Shown in pieces: positions 50,401 to 62,036 of a stretch of 64,000 bases of DNA; positions within the stretch are counted from its first letter, which is position 1; the number at the start of each line of letters is the position of its first letter. The notes under the pieces were generated by a model, which was not told where the DNA came from, ran no database searches, and was given only the letters and a program-made list of their open reading frames with translations. Both the position numbers and the translations under genes were made by a program. Source of the DNA: Tubulanus polymorphus (Eukaryota; Animalia; Nemertea). The stretch spans positions 310,001-374,000 of the forward strand of contig NC_134032.1 in NCBI RefSeq assembly GCF_964204645.1, given 5' to 3'.

Positions 50401-53400
50401 TGGTATCCCGGGTTCAATCCCGGTCTATTGGTACTGATTCTGAGTGGTCCTGATGCTGAATAGAGGATGTACAGGGTTGTCCCGGGTTCAATCCCGGTCT
50501 ATTGTTACTGATTCTGAGTGTTCCTGATGCTCAATAGAGGATGTACAGGGTTGTCCCGGGTTCAATCCCGGTCTATTGGTACTGATTCTGAGTGGTCCTG
50601 ATGCTGAATAGAGGATGCACAGTGGTATCCAGGGTTCAAAACCGGTCTATTGGTACTGATTCTAAGTGGTCCTGATGCTCAATAGAGGATGCACAGGGTT
50701 GTCCCGGGTTCAATCCCGGTCTATTGGTACTGATTCTGGGTGGTCCTGATGCTCAATAGAGGATGCACAGGGTTGTCCCGGGTTCAATCCCGGTCTATTG
50801 GTACTGATTCTGGGTGGTCCTGATGCTCAATAGAGGATGCACAGTGGTATCCCGGGTTCAATCCCGGTCTATTGGTACTGATTCTAAGTGGTCCTGATGC
50901 TGAATAGAGGTTGTACAGTGATATCCCGGGTTCAATCCCGGTCTATTGGTACTGATTCTGAGTGTTCCTGATGCTCAATAGAGGATGTACAGTGGTATCC
51001 CGGGTTCAATCCCGGTCTATTGGTACTGATTCTGAGTGGTCCTGATGCTGAATAGAGGATGCACAGTGATATCCCGGGTTCAAACCCGGTCTATTGGTAC
51101 TGATTCTGAGTGGTCCTGATGCTCAATAGAGGATGTACAGTGGCGTACCGACCGTACGGTGCTGCCGCTATACTCATCGTTAGCGGGTTTTTCATACACT
51201 AACTTTAGTCAACTCTGGCAATTGACGTGCTCTCCAGTAATACTCCGTAACCCTTGCTTGCCAGAGTACACTTACGTTAGTGTATGAAAATCCCGCTAAC
51301 TATGAGCATAGCGGCAGCACCGTACGGTGAAATGTTGATATCTCAACAAAAGTAATTACTGACACTGATTCTGAGTGGTCCTGATGCTCAATAGAGGATG
51401 TACAGGGTTGTCCCGGGTTCAAAACCGGTCTATTGGTACTGATTCAGAGTGTTCCTGATGCTCAATAGAGGATGTACAGGGTTGTCCCGGGTTCAAAACC
51501 GGTCTATTGTTACTGATTCTAAGTGGTCCTGATGCTGAATAGAGGATGCACAGTGGTATCCCGGGTTCAAAACCGGTCTATTGGTACTGATTCTAAGTGG
51601 TCCTGATGCTGAATAGAGGATGCACAGTGGTATCCCGGGTTCAATCCCGGTCTATTGGTACTGATTCTGAGTGGTCCTGATGCTCAATAGAGGATGCACA
51701 GTGGTATCCCGGGTTCAATCCCGGTCTATTGTTACTGATTCTGAGTGGTCCTGATGCTGGATAGAGAATGTACAGGGTCGTCCCGGGTTCGATCCCTGTC
51801 TATTGGTACTGATTCTGAGTGGTCCTGATGCTGAATAGAGGATGTACAGTGGTATCCCGGGTTCAATCCCGGTCTATTGGTACTGATTCTGAGTGGTCCT
51901 GATGCTGAATAGAGGATGTACAGGGTTGTCCCGGGTTCAATCCCGGTCTATTGTTACTGATTCTGAGTGTTCCTGATGCTCAATAGAGGATGTACAGGGT
52001 TGTCCCGGGTTCAATCCCGGTCTATTGGTACTGATTCTGAGTGGTCCTGATGCTGAATAGAGGATGTACAGGGTTGTCCCGGGTTCAATCCCGGTCTATT
52101 GGTACTGATTCTGAGTGGTCCTGATGCTGAATAGAGGATGCACAGTGGTATCCCGGGTTCAATCCCGGTCTATTGGTACTGATTCTGAGTGGTCCTGATG
52201 CTGGATAGAGAATGTACAGGGTCGTCCCGGGTTCAATCCCGGTCTATTGGTACTGATTCTGAGTGGTCCTGATGCTGAATAGAGGATGTACAGTGGTATC
52301 CCGGGTTCAATCCCGGTCTATTGGTACTGATTCTGAGTGGTCCTGATGCTGAATAGAGGATGTACAGGGTTGTCCCGGGTTCAATCCCGGTCTATTGGTA
52401 CTGATTCTGAGTGGTCCTGATGCTGAATAGAGGATGCACAGTGGTATCCAGGGTTCAAAACCGGTCTATTGGTACTGATTCTGAGTGGTCCTGATGCTCA
52501 ATAGAGGATGCACAGTGGTATCCCGGGTTCAATCCCGGTCTATTGGTACTGATTCTGAGTGGTCCTGATGCTGGATAGAGAATGTACAGGGTCGTCCCGG
52601 GTTCAATCCCGGTCTATTGGTACTGATTCTGAGTGGTCCTGATGCTGAATAGAGGATGTACAGTGGTATCCCGGGTTCAATCCCGGTCTATTGGTACTGA
52701 TTCTGAGTGGTCCTGATGCTGAATAGAGGATGTACAGGGTTGTCCCGGGTTCAATCCCGGTCTATTGTTACTGATTCTGAGTGTTCCTGATGCTCAATAG
52801 AGGATGTACAGGGTTGTCCCGGGTTCAATCCCGGTCTATTGGTACTGATTCTGAGTGGTCCTGATGCTGAATAGAGGATGCACAGTGGTATCCAGGGTTC
52901 AAAACCGGTCTATTGGTACTGATTCTAAGTGGTCCTGATGCTCAATAGAGGATGCACAGGGTTGTCCCGGGTTCAATCCCGGTCTATTGGTACTGATTCT
53001 GGGTGGTCCTGATGCTCAATAGAGGATGCACAGGGTTGTCCCGGGTTCAATCCCGGTCTATTGGTACTGATTCTGGGTGGTCCTGATGCTCAATAGAGGA
53101 TGCACAGTGGTATCCCGGGTTCAATCCCGGTCTATTGGTACTGATTCTAAGTGGTCCTGATGCTGAATAGAGGTTGTACAGTGATATCCCGGGTTCAATC
53201 CCGGTCTATTGGTACTGATTCTGAGTGTTCCTGATGCTCAATAGAGGATGTACAGTGGTATCCCGGGTTCAATCCCGGTCTATTGGTACTGATTCTGAGT
53301 GGTCCTGATGCTGAATAGAGGATGCACAGTGATATCCCGGGTTCAAACCCGGTCTATTGGTACTGATTCTGAGTGGTCCTGATGCTCAATAGAGGATGTA

Positions 53401-55050
53401 CAGTGGCGTACCGACCGTACGGTGCTGCCGCTATACTCATCGTTAGCGGGTTTTTCATACACTAACTTTAGTCAACTCTGGCAATTGACGTGCTCTCCAG
53501 TAATACTCCGTAACCCTTGCTTGCCAGAGTACACTTACGTTAGTGTATGAAAATCCCGCTAACTATGAGCATAGCGGCAGCACCGTACGGTGAAATGTTG
53601 ATATCTCAACAAAAGTAATTACTGACACTGATTCTGAGTGGTCCTGATGCTCAATAGAGGATGTACAGGGTTGTCCCGGGTTCAAAACCGGTCTATTGGT
53701 ACTGATTCAGAGTGTTCCTGATGCTCAATAGAGGATGTACAGGGTTGTCCCGGGTTCAAAACCGGTCTATTGTTACTGATTCTGAGTTGTCCTGATGCTC
53801 AATAGAGGATGTACAGTGGTATCCCGGGTTCAATCCCGGTCTGTTGGTACTGATTCTAAGTGGTCCTGATGCTGAATAGAGGATGCACAGTGGGGTCCCG
53901 GGTTCAATCCCGGTCTATTGGTACTGATTCTGAGTGGTCCTGATGCTCAATAGAGGATGCACAGTGGTATCCCGGGTTCAAAACCGGTCTATTGGTACTG
54001 ATTCTGAGTGGTCCTGATGCTGAATAGAGGATGCACAGTGGTATCCCTGGTTCAATCCCGGTCTATTGGTACTGATTCTGAGTGGTCCTGATGCTCAATA
54101 GAGGATGTACAGTGGTATCCCGGGTTCAATCCCGGTCTGTTGGTACTGATTCTAAGTGGTCCTGATGCTGAATAGAGGATGTATTGGCGTGTACCGGCCG
54201 TACGGTGCTCCCGCTATACTCATCGTTAGCGGGTTTTTCATACACTAACTTTAGTCAACTCTGGCAATCGACGTGCTCTCCAGTAATACTCCGTAACCCT
54301 TGCTTGCCAGAGTACACTTACGTTAGTGTATGAAAATCCCGCTAACTATGAGCATAGCGGCAGCACCGTACGGTGAAATGTTGATATCTCAACAAAAGTA
54401 ATTACTGACACTGATTCTGAGTGGTCCTGATGCTCAATAGAGGATGTACAGGGTTGTCCCGGGTTCAATCCCGGTCTATTGGTACTGATTCTGGGTGGTC
54501 CTGATGCTGAATAGAGGATGCACAGTGGTATCCCGGGTTCAATCTTGGTCTATTGGTACTGATTCTGAGTGGTCCTGATGCTGAATAGAGGATGTACAGG
54601 TGTGTCCCGGGTTCAAAACTGGTCTATTGTTACTGATTCTGAGTGTTCCTGATGCTGAATAGAGGATGTACAGTGGCGTACCGACCGTACGGTGCTGCCG
54701 CTATGCTCATCGTTAGCGGGTTTTTCATACACTAACTTTAGTCAACTCTGGCAATCGACGTGCTCTCCAGTAATACTCCGTAACCCTTGCTTGCCAGAGT
54801 TGACTTACGTTAGTGTATGAAAATCCCGCTAACAATGAGCATAGCGGCAGCACCTTACGGTAAAATGTTGATGTCTTAAAAGTAATTACTGGCACATATT
54901 CTGAGTGGTCCTGATGCTGAATAGAGGATGTACAGGTGTGTCCCGGGTTCAAACCCGGTCTATTGGTACTGATTCTGAGTGGTCCTGATGCTCAGTAGAG
55001 GTTGTACAGGGTTGTCCCGGGTTCAAACCCAGTAATTACTGGCAATTCCC
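35465..55050 (+). repeat. 19.6-kb composite satellite: 74-bp monomers with 19 interspersed ~215-bp hairpin modules, organised in higher-order repeats
   Basis: Monomer ctgattctgagtggtcctgatgctgaatagaggatgcacagtggtatcccgggttcaatcccggtctattggta (period 74); hairpins with ~71-bp arms from 35632 to ~54860. Confidence 0.97.
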
Positions 55051-55051
55051 T

Positions 55052-55321
55052 CAAACCATTATCTAAACTGAAAAATCCGCATTAGTTACATTTACAAATT
55101 TACACCATCGGAAAATAAATCATCCAAACACAAGCTATTTTAGTTATCAGTATGAATAATCTCATTAGGTTTACATTCAAAACTTTGACGACAGACGTTA
55201 CGCGTTAAAGCTGAAACCAGTGAAATTCATTTGTGATTATTTTCAGTGTAAATAGCTGTATCTGTTGTGTGTGCATCCAATTCCTTCGGGGTAGAAGTTG
55301 AAAAACTTCTGGAATTCGTGA
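55052..55321 (+). repeat. Right copy of the flanking direct duplication
   Basis: Matches 35181-35464. Confidence 0.92.
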
Positions 55322-56910
55322 ATCTGAGTTTGCAGTAAAGTGAGACGAGATTTGTGAATATTATGAATAGTGAAAATAGGACGGTATGAAATTTTATTCG
55401 AGGCCTTCTTGATAACGTGTTCATATATAAAGCGAATGTAAAAGTGCCAGCAGGAAATGACTATTTATCTTTTTATCGCGACCGTTAGTCGGGAAGCCTA
55501 GACCTTCCGTACGGCTACTCTCTGCCTCTTATTCAGCCGTTGAACCTAAGACTTGTTCAAAATCAATCTGTTGCGAACACAATTTAGCAAAAAATATTAT
55601 CAATGTTTTATTGTCATATATATTAAATATTATATATATATATATATATTATCATATAACATATATTTCAACCGGATGATATTTATTTATACATCTATCT
55701 ATCCACATATATCAAATCAATTTGAATCTGACTTTCAACTGAATCTATTTCGGAGGCTGTTTGTAAAATGGGATGAATATATACACGTAGAGTGAAAAAT
55801 CAGATGCTATTTGAGTTTCGAGAGTCATTAAGGACGACTTGCCATTCTAGTAGGATAGCTATTTCAACACGCTATCTAGTGGGATAGTTGGTGCAGCAGA
55901 GAGCCATATTTTCTAACGTTTGTGATCAGGTATCACGTTTTCGTCCTAATTTGAAGGATACCTACCTTGGAAAGAAAGTTTGTTTGTCTTTGGCCACAAA
56001 TCGTTACTCATTTTCGACCTCGCCCCCATTTCTACCTCCCAGCCTATCACTCAATTACTACTTCTACTCCACACCACTGTCACGTCACTCTTCTAACCGC
56101 AATCACCCATTCTCACTCCCAATTTCCATTCACAAACGCCCCGGCACCTCTAATGTGGCAAACGAAGATTCCGCAACGATCCACCAGGTGTCGCCAGTCG
56201 ATAATCAGTTATTGCCCTTACATTTCTTTGATATCGGATTTAGACGCCTAAAAAATTTTAAACTGCGCAGAAAATTAACTAATTTCAGCTGCGAATAGAT
56301 GAGTGTATATTTGCGCCACCTGGTGTGTTTCGTCAGTACCTCCGTGGACATTAACTTTCTACTCATATTTTCTATTTCGCAGATTCATTTTTTTATCACT
56401 CACTCCTCAATCAAAAATCACGGCGATCATAATTCTGCAATCTTTTAATTATTTCGCCCGCTTTTTCTAAGCAAGTACACTTAGTAAGTCGCATAGAAAG
56501 CTATGATCTAAAAGGATCTGACTATTTCACATCTCTCAGTGACCTTTTTCGACGCGCATGTGCGGATGTGACGTACTCGGTTAAGACTCGATGCTCTGTG
56601 TATAAATTTACAATCAAACAAAATCAAAAGATACATTTGTTTCTACAGAGAACGAATGGATATAAAACATTATTTCTCGGATTGAGAACATTTTCATCGA
56701 TAAAATCAAACTCACATTAAGTCGACATTTGTATAAGTCGTCACATTACTGGCTTTAGAGTTTCTGTAAATTAGTATTCAACGTTTCTACATGTAAAAGT
56801 CATCAACAAATTAATTTGTGAAACCCCATCTTTTTCAAGAAGTAATCAATCATGCCTGCACATTACTGAATTCGTGAGGCACAATAAGTGTAATTCATCT
56901 TTTGGATAAA

Positions 56911-57002
56911 CATTCAGACTGGTATTGTCTTTAACCCGGGGTTAACTCAATTGAAAATGAATTGAGATAACCCCCGGGTTTAAGTTAATACCAGTCTGAA
57001 TG
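56911..57002. mobile_element. Short palindromic MITE
   Basis: cattcagactggtatt / aataccagtctgaatg; centre ttaactcaattgaaaatgaa resembles that of the 57-166 family. Confidence 0.65.
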
Positions 57003-57841
57003 CGTCTGCGTGTACGTCTTCAACAAGGTGATCATCGCCAACAACGACGACTTTAGTGAGTTTGAATCTATCGATTTTTACTGTATATCGTTATAAACCA
57101 CACCCGTCAACCCGTCTCAGCACGCGCAGGCCAGAGCGCCAACCAGTCTATGGATGTAGTTATTTACAGGATACCGGCCTCGTTTCCGAACTGAACGACG
57201 ACCGGAAGTGAATCCATTCTCGACGGTTGAACAAAAAAGAAAAACATTTATGGATCGAAAATAGTTTCTGTCCGAAGAACCGCAAGACAAAATAGTCGAT
57301 TAATCATTAATATTAGTCTCTTGTCATGGATTTCCTAGTTGTGATGTTCGCTGGTCGAGTTCGAGTATTATCGAAATTCGGATAGAGTCTATTTCAAGTT
57401 GTTTTATCCAGTCCAACGGAGTAAGAGTTAACATCAGTTCTAAATATCAGTAAAATCGTAACTCAAATGTTCTGTGGAACTGGATTCAGGTTAGACTATA
57501 GTTTTGACGCCGCATTTTATGGTATCATTTTTTCAATTTTGACGGGTTAGTTTACGGAGCAAGTTTATACCTCTAACCACGTGCAACTGGAACTGCTGGA
57601 GTCAAAACTGAACACGAATCAGCGTTGGAATCGACTCCCGGAGTCAGACTGCCCAGAAGTCTGAAGGAACTAACGCAGCGCGTTCGAATGTAAAATATTA
57701 CGGATTAAACTTAGAAATCCACAGCGCGTTCAGGTACATATGTACTATCACCGGAATCTCCAGTAGCGAAAAAATGTTCGTTCAAATATCGCGAATTCCG
57801 AGGAGTCATTGACTCCGGAGTCCTGTGTACACTGTAATACG

Positions 57842-60800
57842 TCACCACAGTATATAGGCGACCCAGTAAACTACATTGAACAGAAGAAACGCGAGCGGAA
57901 ATAGTTTACGCGAAAGTTTATCGATAGTCCGAGCTCTTTGTCGGGATTCGTGGTCCATCAGTACTCCCATACCGCCTGGGGTGCGTAGACTCGCATCTCC
58001 CATCATCCGAACCTACAATTATCAACACGTCATAGCCATATCATTAATGATAAACAACCTTTAATTCCGATTTAGCAGCATTGAATTATTTAATAGTTAA
58101 TAGTAGTAATCAAAAGTAGTGTTCACGGACTCAGAGTGTTTCATCAATGGTTATAATGAGGACAACATCAGTATTCCTGAAGATGACTATTAGGATATAG
58201 TCGAAACGTTGAATAAACTACACTAGCTCAAGGAAACATTTCAGACTCTTTTTATTCTTAGTGTGCAGGGATTTTATATTATCTTTACAACACGGACTCA
58301 GAGTGTTTCATCAATGGTTATAATGAGGACAACATCAGTATTCCTGAAGATGACTATTAGGATATAGTCGAAACGTTGAATAAACTACACTAGCTCAAGG
58401 AAATATTTCAGACTCTTTTTATTCTTAGTGTGCAGGGATTTTATATTATCTTTACAACACGGACTCAGAGTGTTTCATCAATGGTTATAATGACGACAAC
58501 ATCAGTATTCCTGAAGATGACTATTAGGATATAGTCGTAGCAAAACAGTTATGTTAAAACAGTTGTCATCATTGAAAACATGAAGCATTAACGGATAAAC
58601 AACAACCCTTTCGTTAAACTGGACCTATATCGAGTATGTTGAATTCTGAACGAAAGCCACGTAGACCGCACAATGATTAGTTACCTTTTCCATGATGCGT
58701 TCGTCGTCGTTGAAGCCGGTTAAGTGTGGTTTCACCGGATGGTGTCGTTTACTCGACTCCTTGCGGGAATAGACATTCACCACGGCGAACTCCAACAGCG
58801 ACGAGAACACGAATATCAAACACACCGACATCCAAACGTCCAACGCCTTAATATAGCTAACCCTGGGTAGACTTTCGCGAGCTCCGGTCGACTGAGTGGT
58901 CATCGTCAGTACGGTGAGTAGTCCGATAGTAACGCGAGCCGGAATGGCGTCGATGCTGATCCAGAATGCCACCCACGACAGAATGACTATCAACACGCTC
59001 GGTATATAGATCTGTATCATGTAATATCCTATACTGCGCTTTAGGGTAAAGTTCACCTGCAAACACGGGTATGAACCTAGAAAAAATCGAAAGAGAAAAA
59101 CTGATTATAAACGAATTAAGAAATAGTAATGAAGAAGAAATATCCCTGGTTATCCCTAGGTGGCGTGGCCTAAGAGGACATAATATGTGTCAACTTAATT
59201 TTTCCACATCTTAGAGTCTGAGATTAATCTAGGATAGATTCCTATATTTGTATTTCAGAGAAAGCAGTGCCATCAGAAAAAAGGGCCCAAAATCAAAATC
59301 TAAACTGAAACTGAGTCTTATACAGCGTGTAGTAGCTTTATAGGGCTTCGTAATTGTGTAATCGATTCTGACAAGCGGTCGTGTACACTAAAGGCACACT
59401 AGATATCCCAACCGTAGTAAATACTGCCTACGGTCTGGACTGCGTCTGCGCAATGATTGATCCACACTTGCCATTAGTATTGGAATCGTCGATTGCCGCA
59501 GTAGCATTGCGTTTACCTCGGGCACCAGTCACCCTTGGGTTCGAGCCCCGCGAATTCGTCTGGTTTTTCGGAGATCGGTTACCTGTTGTATAGTTCTGAG
59601 AACAATCTTCTAAAACAGTTTTAATCAGGTTGAACTGTGGCAGTTGAAGATTCGGTTCCATTGCTACCGGCTTGTGGCGCCACTCGTACGTGACGACGTC
59701 CGTCGTGCTTCCGACTACGGAATTATAACATATAATCAGGTCACGTTCTAGGTGAGAAGATGGTTTAACTTTGAAAGCAACACTTCTTAGGACACTTACA
59801 ACTTTCGATCATCATAGGACACACTTGAGTGTCCAACGGGTATTTGTGTAGTTTCATTGGACATGATAACACTGCTGTAACTCTGAAAGTAGAACCAGAA
59901 CATACGCTGTATTCAACATAGGCCTATCTAGCTACGGGGAGAGTTCGATTTACAAGATTTCATAGTTTCCAAGGAGTTCATTTAATAAAGAAACAGTCAA
60001 AAATAAGATCTAACTTATCCTCTAAGCTATTTCTGTACAGGCAGAGCATAATAGTACAATAACCACTCTCAAACGTGGTGAACGGATAATTATACTCTTC
60101 AATTCAAGTTTCACGTTTTGACCGAATTTATTGTGGGATTCATCTGACACTGATATTGTGTATCTTATCGTCTCAACTTTCAATACTCTTTCGCTAGTTC
60201 TTATGTAAACAAATATTTTCAAAAGAGTAGGATTAAAGCATTTAAAACCATAAAAAGAAGGTATTTGCCTTCCGGGCACCACCTGGCGGAGCTTTTAAGC
60301 GCACTTACTTCGATGCATAGTAGACGGTACCGTCGGAATAAAGTCTCAACAGACGATTAGGTAGCGTTATGTAGTGAAACTGGGCTTTCTTCTCGTTGCG
60401 GAAGAAAACGTCCGGCACCCAGATCTTCTCCCACATTCCGTCGCCGAGTTTGATCATCTGTCGTTCGGTTCTGCCGTTAAACGGCTTAAAACTCAACCTG
60501 GGATCGACCCACTCCTCGCGCAGGTAAATATTGATCGCGTAATCCTGAAATATTTTTGAAATACATCTACAAGTGATAAACAGTATACTATGTAAGTTAA
60601 GCTAAAGTTATCAGTTAAGGATAACCCGCAACCATAAAACTGAGTCCGTTCGAATAATGTCTCTTGCAACCTGATTTATATTATTGATAATGATAATGAT
60701 AATGATAATGTTTTTAACCTCTTCTTAAAAACAAATATGGACTGGCTATCACGAATAAATTCTGGCAATGAATTCCATTTAGCAGGACTTGTATTCTTTG

Positions 60801-61781
60801 CATTCCAATTGTATTTTGATAGCTCATGGTTTTACGTATTACTATTGTTAAGCGCTGATTACCTCATAAACAAATAAATTACTATTATCATCATGATTAT
60901 GGTTTGTTCGGTCATTGCGACTTGTTTGTCGGGTCACTTCGTCACTTCTGAATTCATCGTAATTTATAAGATTCCCTGCGCCTTTTCTAATGTCAGAGTA
61001 TAATTTCTTGAATTAAATCGCGGAATCGGTAACTCGCAATAAAACTCATAGATGGCGACCTAGTCGACGTTGTAATATATCATGAAATTCGTTTTTTTTC
61101 TTCACGTCGCCTCTCGTATCTCGCATGATAAAACTAGATTTAATTTTTAAAAAGTATCGCTTAAAAGCAGACATTTTACAGAAGCAAACAAATCTAAGAG
61201 AATCAACTACGAGTTTGGGATGTGGAACGTTTAAACGCAATTGACTCAGACTATTTCAATACGCGAATTCATCTCGACGCTCGCGCGCGACAATTCCGCT
61301 GGGAAATCTTTCTAATGATGGATCGTTTCAAAAACCAGACTTCACAAAATCAAACCGATTCCCGCGAGGATTCCCCGAACTCCTGCCAACTCTTAGCGAT
61401 ATTTGTTTTAGCGTCGCTCGTTGAAGATTTTCGGGCGAGTTTTTGACAGCGAAAATGGGAAGAATTTTCGCGCCGATTCTGAGAAGAAATGCAGTATTTT
61501 GATATGAAATTCGACGTTAAATCTTAAGTCAATATTGTCAGCACAAGTCGCTTTCCGACTATTAGAAACCTAGTCACCCAGTGCTTGTTACGCCTTGCTA
61601 CGCGTTCCACTGCAAATGGAACTGGTAATTTTAGGGCACATGTTCAATTCCCTTCGATCGCAAAACGATGATTATCCAGCTAGATTTTACTGTCAAGAAA
61701 ACCGCAATCTTACCATTGACTGTTCACTGATAGAATCAAATCCATTCACATAAATTCCTAATTTTACATTCGTCGCTTGGT
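57842..61781 (-). CDS. Cys-loop ligand-gated chloride channel, glycine receptor alpha-like subunit; 5' exons beyond window
   Basis: Exons 61781-61714, 60544-60309, 59882-59800, 59714-59583, 59076-58685, 58012-57842 (TGA); WVPDVFF, Cys loop [15 protein letters not shown], second disulfide [12 protein letters not shown], anion-selective PARV motif before M2, and M4 [13 protein letters not shown]. Confidence 0.92.
58124..58537 (+). mobile_element. 167-bp hammerhead-ribozyme repeat, ~2.5 units
   Basis: Cores at 58177 and 58344 intact; the third (58511) is truncated before GAAA. Confidence 0.88.
58172..58215 (+). ncRNA. Minimal type I hammerhead ribozyme (representative intact copy)
   Basis: Stem I TATTC/GAATA, core CTGAAGA, stem II GACTAT-taggat-ATAGTC, GAAA, palindromic loopless stem III AC-GT, predicted cleavage after GUU (58210). 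Confidence 0.8.
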
Positions 61782-62036
61782 CTGAAATAAACATCAAAAC
61801 AACATTGATAGAAATTGTCTCAATAATGATATGATAATGTTATGATAATTCATTCATAATCGTTTTAAATTATTGTTGATTGGTTGTCAAGGACGTTAAC
61901 TGTTTATAATTCAATTGGAGATAAAACCGACCGACAAACTAAGGGAGTAGTCACGTGGGCTCCTTATATTGAAATGAGGTCCGAAATGTTTCTTTAAGCT
62001 AATTGTACAGAGCTGGTAACTTATATTCAACTTATT

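Noticed and set aside
35673-54952. Repeated 64-118 aa ORFs (MNPG...) on the - strand
   Set aside because: Chance frames in satellite and hairpin DNA with TTG starts; most copies are interrupted by stops.
35465-55050. Hammerhead ribozyme or true tRNA genes in the 74-bp monomer
   Set aside because: CTGATG is followed by C and there is no downstream GAAA core; acceptor and anticodon stems do not pair and the T loop is 6 nt, so it is at most tRNA-derived.
55553-56298. ORFs of 80-136 aa after the satellite
   Set aside because: Non-ATG starts, low-complexity composition, and no splice or domain support.
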